A stretch of 43,083 nt of DNA from assembly GCA_964389675.1 (NCBI GenBank), contig CAYMEV010000008.1, positions 1 to 43,083 of the forward strand. The letters are read 5' to 3'. Under the pieces are notes generated by a model. The model worked only from the letters and a program-made list of their open reading frames with translations, did no database searches and was not told the DNA's origin. Numbering within the stretch: position 1 is the stretch's first letter; the number at the start of each line of letters is the position of its first letter. Origin of the DNA: an uncultured Candidatus Sumerlaeota bacterium. Its GTDB lineage: Bacteria > CAYMEV01. Shown here piece after piece: positions 29,647 to 37,292 of this stretch. Made by a program: the position numbers and the translations under genes.

Positions 29647-30663
29647 TCACTTCCCGAATTCACATGCCGGGAATGTGCATAATTTACAGTTCCTGCAGTA
29701 GCCTCCGTGAGCAAGGCTTTTTATATCCTTTTTTGATAATTTTTCACCGGCAAGAAGCCTGGGGACAACAATATCAAAGATGGTCCTCTCTGAGTATATC
29801 ATGCATCCCGGAAGGCCGATCACAGGTACATCCCCAATATATGCAAGCAGGAACATTGCCCCCGGGAGTACACAGGCACCATAGCTTATTATATCTGCCC
29901 CTGCAGTTTCTATTGCTTTTGGAGTCACATCGTCAGGGTCCACTGACATGCCTCCGGTCACGCATATCATTTCAGCCCCTTCACTGTAAAGCTGTCTTAT
30001 ATGGCGGACTATCATGCTCTCATCATCATCAGATATAACCTGTTTATACACATGACTTCCGAGCTCTGTAAACTTTCGGGCCAGAACAGGGCCGAAACTG
30101 TCCTCTATCACGCCCTCATAGACTTCACTCCCTGTAATGACAGCGCCTATTCTCATCCTCTTTAGAGGAAGCACTTTCATAAGAGGGCCGGTTTTCAGAA
30201 TATTTTCAGCATCAGAAATAATTTTATCCTCTGCAGACAGGGGGATTATCCTTGTTCCTGCAAGTTTCTGCCCCTTTTTGACGACCTGGTCTGTATGTAT
30301 GGTCGCAAACATTATCTCATCAGGGGCTATTAGCCTGTTCAGCTGATCAACATCAATCTTCAGAAGCCCGTCATATTCAGCAATAAACTCCATCTTGCCT
30401 TCCCCGGGCCCTGTAAAGCTGATACCCCTTCCTGCGGATGCCTTTGCTATTCTTATTGCCGCCTCATCCTCATGGATGCCGTTGGATGTATTTTCCCGTA
30501 TATAGACATATTTTTTGCCCATTGATAACATCAGTGGGATATCTTCTTCTTTTATAATATGCCCCCTTTTAAACCTCGGCCCCTTGTACTCACCTGGTAT
30601 TATACGGGTAATGTCATGTGCAAGCGTCTTTCCGACCGCTTTTCTTATCTCAAGAAGCTTCAT
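29647..30663 (-). CDS. Molybdopterin-binding protein (MoeA-like) with C-terminal Cys cluster
   Basis: AVGKTLAHDITRI, TGSEV..G.I.D.FGP, TGGMSVDPDDVTP, PGAMFLLAY, GLPGC, GGYCRNCKLCTFPACEFGK. Confidence 0.9.
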   Translation of the reverse strand: MKLLEIRKAVGKTLAHDITRIIPGEYKGPRFKRGHIIKEEDIPLMLSMGKKYVYIRENTSNGIHEDEAAIRIAKASAGRGISFTGPGEGKMEFIAEYDGLLKIDVDQLNRLIAPDEIMFATIHTDQVVKKGQKLAGTRIIPLSAEDKIISDAENILKTGPLMKVLPLKRMRIGAVITGSEVYEGVIEDSFGPVLARKFTELGSHVYKQVISDDDESMIVRHIRQLYSEGAEMICVTGGMSVDPDDVTPKAIETAGADIISYGACVLPGAMFLLAYIGDVPVIGLPGCMIYSERTIFDIVVPRLLAGEKLSKKDIKSLAHGGYCRNCKLCTFPACEFGK

Positions 30664-31883
30664 TATTCTCCTCCAAAATCAACATCAATAACAGAAAAAC
30701 CCTTTTTACAGGCAAAAAGGTGATCTTTAAGCTCTATGCCATAAACAGCACACATCATAACAATTATATTCCTCCTGTGAGTGACCACTATTATATCCCT
30801 TTTATTCTGTCCGGCCCTGCAGTATTTTTTTATTATATCCAGCAGTTTCATACTGCATCTGTACTGGAGATCATAAAAGTTTTCACCCTTACCGCCTGCC
30901 CTGTGTATCAAAGGGTTCTTTACCATCAAGGAGTATTCTTCAGGGTGTATTCTTTTTAATTCATCAGGGGGCATGCCATCCCATTCCCCTAAGCTGATAT
31001 CCCTGAATTCGGGCAGTATGATCACCGGCACTTCTGCCTCCATTCCTGAGGCTTTTAAATTATCTGCTAAAATATCAGAAATACTGCGGGCTCTTTTTGC
31101 ATCACTTGAATAAATTACAGCATCATTAAACCTGTATTCCCAAGGTTTCTTCAGAACTGTCAACGCCTGAGCCCTTTGAGATCGAGGGCCTGATAATGCA
31201 CTTTTTTCATCCAGGTCTGGATTATCAGCATTTACAAAGAATATTCTGCCGGAAAAATCAAAAGCCTCCTGTTCACTTTCATGATCAAGGATATTCCTGT
31301 ATGCCTCAGGTGTGTTCATATCAAGGATAACAGCATCATCAGGCATTTCCAGCCTGATCAGAGAACCTGAATAGTCGTACCTGTCAATGACAGGCTTTAT
31401 GCCCCCTTCCCCATTATATAAGGCTATCTCTCTGAAATACTTTTTCGGTATCCAGAGGGGATGGCCTTTTCTCCCCATATAGCAGGCAACTATGAATTTA
31501 TCCCTGTTTTTACACGCACTTAAATACATATAGCTTATATGCTCTCTGGATATAAGGGGATAATCTGCTGGCAAAAGGAAAACACCTTCAGCATCAGTAT
31601 CAGAAAAATAGATAATACCAGCCTGTATGGAGGTGAACATACCCTCATCAAACCTTTCATTATAGACGCATACAGCCCTGCTGCCAATATGGTTTTCCAG
31701 CAGCTTTCCTCTGTATCCTGTAATTACTGCAGGATATACTCCTGATTGATGAAATTCTTCGATCAGCCTGTCAACCAGGCATTCCCCCCCCACTTTCATA
31801 AGGGGCTTGAAATTACCCATCCTCCTTGAATATCCTGCAGCCAGGATTATCGCCCCGGCTCTTCTATTTTCAATAGCAGCCAT
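30663..31883 (-). CDS. MocA-like nucleotidyltransferase (NTP_transf_3) fused to a degenerate histidine-phosphatase domain
   Basis: IILAAGYSRRMGNFKPL, GMFTSIQAG, PADYP, GHP, DMNTPEAY; then YSSD.KRA, DISLGEWDG, GENF, IVVTH. Confidence 0.85.
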   Translation of the reverse strand: MAAIENRRAGAIILAAGYSRRMGNFKPLMKVGGECLVDRLIEEFHQSGVYPAVITGYRGKLLENHIGSRAVCVYNERFDEGMFTSIQAGIIYFSDTDAEGVFLLPADYPLISREHISYMYLSACKNRDKFIVACYMGRKGHPLWIPKKYFREIALYNGEGGIKPVIDRYDYSGSLIRLEMPDDAVILDMNTPEAYRNILDHESEQEAFDFSGRIFFVNADNPDLDEKSALSGPRSQRAQALTVLKKPWEYRFNDAVIYSSDAKRARSISDILADNLKASGMEAEVPVIILPEFRDISLGEWDGMPPDELKRIHPEEYSLMVKNPLIHRAGGKGENFYDLQYRCSMKLLDIIKKYCRAGQNKRDIIVVTHRRNIIVMMCAVYGIELKDHLFACKKGFSVIDVDFGGE

Positions 31884-32161
31884 TTTTAATATCTTCTTTA
31901 GAAAGTATTTTATTTGGAAAAATTAGATATATTAAAGCCTGTTTCAAGATATGACTTCCTTCAAGAACAAGGATACTCAAAAAAGCCTGGCTTGCAAAAA
32001 ATATCGCAAATAAAATAAACATGGAATATACAGGAATAATACCTGCAAAAATATTAGACTTTTGTCCCATTACAATTTATATTTTCTTATATGATATGCT
32101 TGTATAAAGGCTTTTTGCAGTCAGGACAAGTATACAGCATGAGTATTACGGGGGTATAATC

Positions 32162-35100
32162 ATGAACAATCTTGAATTTCTGGTGCCATTTCTTTATTTA
32201 TCTGGAATTCTGATTATTTTAAATTATTTCAGACAGGTATCTTCAGATATATCAGTTTCTTTTACCACTAATAAGGCCTTTATTATAAGCTTTGCAGTCT
32301 TTTTTTCCTTATTTTTTACAGGCTTCAGCCGCCATTTTTTATTTCTTTTTATCCTCTTATGTTTATCTTCACTTCTTCAGGTGCCAAAGCCCTGCAGCAG
32401 ATATCTTCGAAAATACTCTATTTTCCCTGTTCTTATATTATCCATACTATTATATCACGGATTTATAAGCACGATTATCAGACAATCAGAACCATTATCA
32501 GCTTCTTTTCCCCTTAACCTGCAATTATGCCTGCTTGCCTTTTCTTCTGTAATATTCAGGCTTAACGGTAAAACAGTCAGTAGCAATAAGCCTGGAGGCT
32601 CAAGGCTTATTGATGTCTTAAGGGATGAATTCAGCCTTACCGGTACCAAGGAAGGTTGCGGGACCGGTGCATGCGGAAGCTGTTCAGTCCTTCTTGATGG
32701 CCGGGCTGTAAACTCATGCCAGATAAGCCTTGATAGATTATCAGGGCATGAAATCACAACCATTGAAGGCCTTAAGGATTATCCCCTCACAGAGGCTATT
32801 CATACAGCCCTGAAAAAGGCTTCTGCTCCCCAATGCGGATTCTGCACGCCAGCAATGATAATAAGGATGTATGCCCTGCTTTCCTCAAACCCAAGCCCGG
32901 ACAGAAGCGATGTGGCAAAAGCCTTAAAGCCTGTTTTGTGCAGATGCACAGGGTATGAACAGTATGTAGAAGCTGCCCTGCTGGCATCTAAAATTATGAT
33001 GGATGAACAGATCGATGATGATTTTTCGATAATCAATATCAGCCAGGGAGAGATAACAGGCAAGTCCTCCAGGCTTCTCTATGTGGGGCATCCAGCTGTC
33101 CGCCGGCACATAGACGATATTATGACCGGGAATGCTCTTTTTACTGATGATTATAGACAGAAGGACATGATCTACGGGGCTGTTGTAGCATCGCCGTATC
33201 CATCTGCATTGATCCGCTCAATTGATTCTTCAGGGCTTAAAGGAAAGAAGGGCTTCATAAGGGTTCTCACAGCCCGCGATGTTCCGGGGAAGAATAATTA
33301 CGGCAAGATGATCCGCGACAGGGAAATGCTCTGCAGTGACAGGGCCAGAATGGCAGGAGACCCGGTAGCAGTTGTTCTTGCAGAGACAGAAGAGCAGGCA
33401 CGCTCTCTGGCGCTGAACCTGAAAGTGGATTATGAGATCCTTGAACCTGTCCTCAATGTTAAAGATGCTTTGCTTCCCGATGCACCGCGTATACATCCGG
33501 ATGGCAACCTCCTGGCAGAACAGAATGTACTGAAAGGCGACCCTGACAGCTTTTTTACCGGAAATTTCCCTGTAATGGAGGGTAGATACAGTACAAGCAG
33601 GGTTGAACAATGCCCAATAGAGCTTGAGAGTACGATATCTTACTGGGATAATGATATACTGACAGTAATTGCTCCTACCCAGCATGTGTTTTTTGACCGG
33701 CTTAATATTGCAAGGGTACTTGGGCTTGACTCTGAAAAGGTCAGGGTGATCCAGCCTCATGTAGGCGGGGCTTTCGGAAAGCGTGAAGATATACATACTC
33801 AGCTCTTTTCAGCTCTTGCATGCTACCTGACGCACAGGCCTGCAAAGGTCAGGTTCAACCGGTCAGAATCATTGGCTCAGACAAGCAAGAGGCATCCCTT
33901 CTCAATCAGAATAAAGACAGCATACGAACCGGACACCGGGAGGGTCCTTGCCCATGATATCAGTATTAATGCCGATGCAGGCGCATATGCATCATGGAGC
34001 AAAAATATCCTTAGAAAGGCTGCAGTTCATTCCTGCGGCCCCTATGAAACAGGCCATATCAGGGTAAAGGCCCGCGCAGTGTATACAAACAACCCTGTGT
34101 CAGGAGCAATGCGCGGTTTCGGAGCGCCCCAGGTGGCATTTGCAATTGAAAGCCACATGGACCGCCTGGCTGAAGCATGCGGAATTACCCCTGCGGAGAT
34201 CAGGTCAAGAAACTATCTTAAGAAGAATTCCCTGACAATAACAGGCCAGAAGCTTCTTTTTGATGTACCTGTTCAGGCCTCACTGAATGCTGTAATGGAG
34301 AAAGCTTCAGGCATTAGCATCATAACTTCAGCTGACAGGGCTGATGACAGTTTCTATTACGGTACAGGCATAGCTTCATGCTGTTATGGCATAGGGTTCG
34401 GCGCAGGCATACGGGATAGCGGGAATGCAGTTATTGAATGCACCTGGGATGGAATATTTGAGCTGAAGACAGGTGTAGTGGATTACGGCCAGGGCGCAGG
34501 AACCATCAGCTGTCAGATAGCAGCTGAGGTCCTCGGTATCCCCTTGGATTCCATAAGCATACAACAGCCGGATACCCACAAAACACCCAACAGCGGTTCA
34601 ACAGTGGCATCCAGGCAGACTTTCATTACAGGTAATGCTATTCTGCTTGCATCCAGGGACCTGAGGGATAAAATGCTTGGCTTTGCCGGAAAGCATCTGG
34701 GAATCAGGCCGGAGTCACTGAAATTCAATAATGAAGGTCTCATCTCCATGGATGGATCATCCGGGTTATCCTTTAAGGAACTCCACAGGTTAGCAGCTGA
34801 AAGAGGTCTTGAACTGAAAGGCAAAGGCGAATTTAAGGGCCATGAATATACAGGTATGCTTGACCCTGAAACAGGCCAGGGAAAGGCATATTACCCGTAT
34901 ACCTACGGCACTCAATGGGCGCATGTCTCCGTAAACTCAAAAACCGGTGAAGTAAAGGTCCTGGACATGATCGCCTGCCACTATATTGGTAAGGCGATAA
35001 ACCCCCGTTTCGTAAAGGGGCAGATATACGGATCGATCTGTATGGGAATAGGCTATGCCCTGAAAGAAAAGATAAGCCTTGATCACGGCAGGGTCAGGGA

Positions 35101-35347
35101 ACAGTCCATGAATGAACTTCACCTTATCAGGGCTGATGAAATGCCCAAAGTCCATATCATACTCCTTGAAGACGGTATATTCCCCGGGCCCTTCGGAGCA
35201 GTCGGCATAGGCGAGCCTCCGCTCATCCCCACAGCACCCGCAATTGCAAATGCAATCTATGATGCAACAGGCTACCGTGCAGGATCCCTGCCTGTCACAC
35301 CTGATAAGATACTCAATTATCTTAAGAAGAAAAATATGGCCAATTAA
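32162..35347 (+). CDS. Xanthine dehydrogenase/aldehyde oxidoreductase-family molybdenum hydroxylase (2x[2Fe-2S] + Mo-cofactor domains fused), hydrophobic N-terminal extension
   Basis: GTKEGCGTGACGSC, QCGFCTP, LCRCTGY; GGAFGKR, AMRGFGAPQ, DYGQG, GIGEPP; start uncertain. Confidence 0.9.
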   Translation: MNNLEFLVPFLYLSGILIILNYFRQVSSDISVSFTTNKAFIISFAVFFSLFFTGFSRHFLFLFILLCLSSLLQVPKPCSRYLRKYSIFPVLILSILLYHGFISTIIRQSEPLSASFPLNLQLCLLAFSSVIFRLNGKTVSSNKPGGSRLIDVLRDEFSLTGTKEGCGTGACGSCSVLLDGRAVNSCQISLDRLSGHEITTIEGLKDYPLTEAIHTALKKASAPQCGFCTPAMIIRMYALLSSNPSPDRSDVAKALKPVLCRCTGYEQYVEAALLASKIMMDEQIDDDFSIINISQGEITGKSSRLLYVGHPAVRRHIDDIMTGNALFTDDYRQKDMIYGAVVASPYPSALIRSIDSSGLKGKKGFIRVLTARDVPGKNNYGKMIRDREMLCSDRARMAGDPVAVVLAETEEQARSLALNLKVDYEILEPVLNVKDALLPDAPRIHPDGNLLAEQNVLKGDPDSFFTGNFPVMEGRYSTSRVEQCPIELESTISYWDNDILTVIAPTQHVFFDRLNIARVLGLDSEKVRVIQPHVGGAFGKREDIHTQLFSALACYLTHRPAKVRFNRSESLAQTSKRHPFSIRIKTAYEPDTGRVLAHDISINADAGAYASWSKNILRKAAVHSCGPYETGHIRVKARAVYTNNPVSGAMRGFGAPQVAFAIESHMDRLAEACGITPAEIRSRNYLKKNSLTITGQKLLFDVPVQASLNAVMEKASGISIITSADRADDSFYYGTGIASCCYGIGFGAGIRDSGNAVIECTWDGIFELKTGVVDYGQGAGTISCQIAAEVLGIPLDSISIQQPDTHKTPNSGSTVASRQTFITGNAILLASRDLRDKMLGFAGKHLGIRPESLKFNNEGLISMDGSSGLSFKELHRLAAERGLELKGKGEFKGHEYTGMLDPETGQGKAYYPYTYGTQWAHVSVNSKTGEVKVLDMIACHYIGKAINPRFVKGQIYGSICMGIGYALKEKISLDHGRVREQSMNELHLIRADEMPKVHIILLEDGIFPGPFGAVGIGEPPLIPTAPAIANAIYDATGYRAGSLPVTPDKILNYLKKKNMAN
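35287..35334 (+). repeat. 48-bp direct repeat, copy 1 (3' end of the Mo-hydroxylase gene)
   Basis: CCTGCCTGTCACACCTGATAAGATACTCAATTATCTTAAGAAGAAAAA, identical to 37075-37122. Confidence 0.95.
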
Positions 35348-35408
35348 ATATTGCATAAGTATCATCTGTCAATTCATTGGGGGGGGTATAAAGGTTATTT
35401 TGACAGGG

Positions 35409-35434
35409 GATCTTTTTAAAAGGCTAAAAAGATC
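35409..35434. terminator. 10-bp inverted repeat downstream of the Mo-hydroxylase gene (possible terminator or binding site)
   Basis: GATCTTTTTA-n6-TAAAAAGATC; AT-rich stem with no long U-tract. Confidence 0.3.
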
Positions 35435-35545
35435 TGTAATTCTAAAATACACAGATAAGAAAATAAGCTTTATGGTAAATCATATAAAATAATTCATAGT
35501 TCCAATATAAATAAATGTAATATAATTAAAAAAGATATTGCCCTT

Positions 35546-35622
35546 ACATTATTACAAAATAATACAATAATTGGGTTGACATTATTACATAATTATGCAA
35601 TAATTGGGTTGACATTATTACA
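35546..35622. repeat. 33-bp-period tandem repeat (~2.3 copies) upstream of the ATPase gene
   Basis: ACATTATTACA at 35546, 35579 and 35612; CAATAATTGGGTTGACATTATTACA exact at 35565-35589 and 35598-35622. Confidence 0.9.
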
Positions 35623-35637
35623 AGGCTGGGATGAAAC

Positions 35638-36990
35638 TTGATTTTTTGGCGAAAGATTTTAGATGACCTTAATAAATGGAAGATATCAAAATACAGAAAA
35701 CCTTTAGTGCTCAGGGGTGCAAGACAAGTCGGAAAAACCACTGTCATAAATAAATTTGGTGAATCATTTGATAATTTTATTTACCTGAACCTTGAGCTGT
35801 TATCAGATCGAAAATTTTTTGATGATGAGCGACGGAGCCTCAATGATATTATGCAAATGATATATCTTGAGAAAAAAAAGGAAAATAATGGAAATACCCT
35901 TCTATTTCTTGATGAGATACAGAATTCAGCAAATGCTGTTCAGCGCATGCGCTATTTCTTTGAGGATATGCCGGATCTTTATGTAATAGGTGCAGGTTCT
36001 CTCCTTGAAATCATGATGGATACACACAAAATAAGCTTCCCTGTAGGAAGAGTGGAATACCGCTATTTGTACCCTATGTGTTTTGAGGAATTTCTCCATG
36101 CAACAGGAGAAGAAGAAGTCCTGTCCAATTACAAAAAAACCCCTGCTCCAGAATGGTCTTTAGACAGGATAGCGAAGCTTTTTCACCATTATTCACTGAT
36201 TGGCGGCATGCCTGAAGCAGTCAGCCTATTCATTGAAAATAATAATATATTTTCACTAAAGCCTGTTTATCAGGGACTATTGACTTCCTATACTGATGAT
36301 GTCAGCAAATATGCAAAAAATAATAGTAACGCAATGATCATACGCCATATATTAGAAAGTTCAGCTTTTGAAGCAGGAAAAAGAATCACATTTGTAAAAT
36401 TTGGCAATTCACCATATCGGTCACGGGAGGTGGGAGATTCATTAAGAACACTGGAAAGAGCAATGCTCCTATATCTTCGCTATCCTACTACACAGACAAA
36501 AATTCCTCTGTTTCCTGACAAGAGGAAAAAACCGAAACTACAGCTTATTGATACCGGGCTTCTTAATTATGCGGCTGGACTGCAAAATGAATACTTCAGG
36601 CATGATAACCTCAATTCGTTTTATAATGGTATATTAGCTGAACATATAGTGGCCCAGGAAATTATTGCAAATGACAATTATCAAATTAAAAAGCCTCTTT
36701 TCTGGGTAAGGGAAAAAAGGCAATCAAGTGCTGAAATTGATATTATTCTTCAGTATGGTAACAGGGTAATTCCGGTAGAGATAAAATCAGGCAAACAGGG
36801 TACTCTTCGCTCTCTTCATTCTTATGTCGACATCTCCGGGTCCAAAAATGCAATACGGTTATACAGCGGAGGTATATCCATCAAAGATAGTATTACTCCC
36901 AGAGGTACAAAATTCAAACTGATGAACCTGCCTTACTGTTTTGCATCCAGAATAAGCAATTATCTGAAATGGATGGAATCTGAAATTTAA
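35638..36990 (+). CDS. AAA_14 ATP-binding protein with C-terminal DUF4143 (PD-(D/E)XK nuclease-like) domain
   Basis: RKPLVLRGARQVGKT, LFLDEIQ, GAGSLL, FPVGRV, IGGMPEAV, D.GLL, EIDII...IPVEIKSG; TTG start uncertain. Confidence 0.92.
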   Translation: MIFWRKILDDLNKWKISKYRKPLVLRGARQVGKTTVINKFGESFDNFIYLNLELLSDRKFFDDERRSLNDIMQMIYLEKKKENNGNTLLFLDEIQNSANAVQRMRYFFEDMPDLYVIGAGSLLEIMMDTHKISFPVGRVEYRYLYPMCFEEFLHATGEEEVLSNYKKTPAPEWSLDRIAKLFHHYSLIGGMPEAVSLFIENNNIFSLKPVYQGLLTSYTDDVSKYAKNNSNAMIIRHILESSAFEAGKRITFVKFGNSPYRSREVGDSLRTLERAMLLYLRYPTTQTKIPLFPDKRKKPKLQLIDTGLLNYAAGLQNEYFRHDNLNSFYNGILAEHIVAQEIIANDNYQIKKPLFWVREKRQSSAEIDIILQYGNRVIPVEIKSGKQGTLRSLHSYVDISGSKNAIRLYSGGISIKDSITPRGTKFKLMNLPYCFASRISNYLKWMESEI

Positions 36991-37074
36991 ATCAATTATT
37001 TTTATTTAAGAGCAGTATAAAACTATTATTCCTGTCTGTAATTCTTGTTTTTATACTAACAGCGGCGAAGGATT

Positions 37075-37122
37075 CCTGCCTGTCACACCTGATAAGATAC
37101 TCAATTATCTTAAGAAGAAAAA
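37075..37122 (+). repeat. 48-bp direct repeat, copy 2 (displaced 3' end of the Mo-hydroxylase gene)
   Basis: Identical to 35287-35334; with flanks it reads GFLPVTPDKILNYLKKKKMI*. Confidence 0.95.
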
Positions 37123-37292
37123 GATGATTTAAAAAGACAGTTATTTTTCATTTATTTTAGAATCTATTTCAGTCCTTTCCTTCAAATATCAGTAATATGG
37201 ACGGAGATAGAAATGCATTCAGGAAAATGGATATAATCAACGTTTTTTTTTAATCCTCAGTATATGATCAATGCTTCGGTTCTGATGATGGG

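Noticed and set aside
31870-32070. 66-aa hydrophobic ORF upstream of the nucleotidyltransferase
   Set aside because: Lies in the AT-rich divergent promoter region with no recognisable motif; cannot be supported.
29647-35347. Selenocysteine recoding or selenium-dependent assignment of the Mo cluster and msrAB
   Set aside because: No in-frame TGA interrupts these ORFs and no yqeB/yqeC/selD-like gene is in the window.
35546-35622. Mini-CRISPR interpretation of the tandem repeat
   Set aside because: Only 8 bp between the 25-bp units, two full copies and no cas genes in the window.
35244-35747. Short ORFs 35244..35492 (+) and 35544..35747 (-)
   Set aside because: They overlap real genes; the repeated VIMSTQLL peptide is just a translation of the 33-bp DNA repeat.
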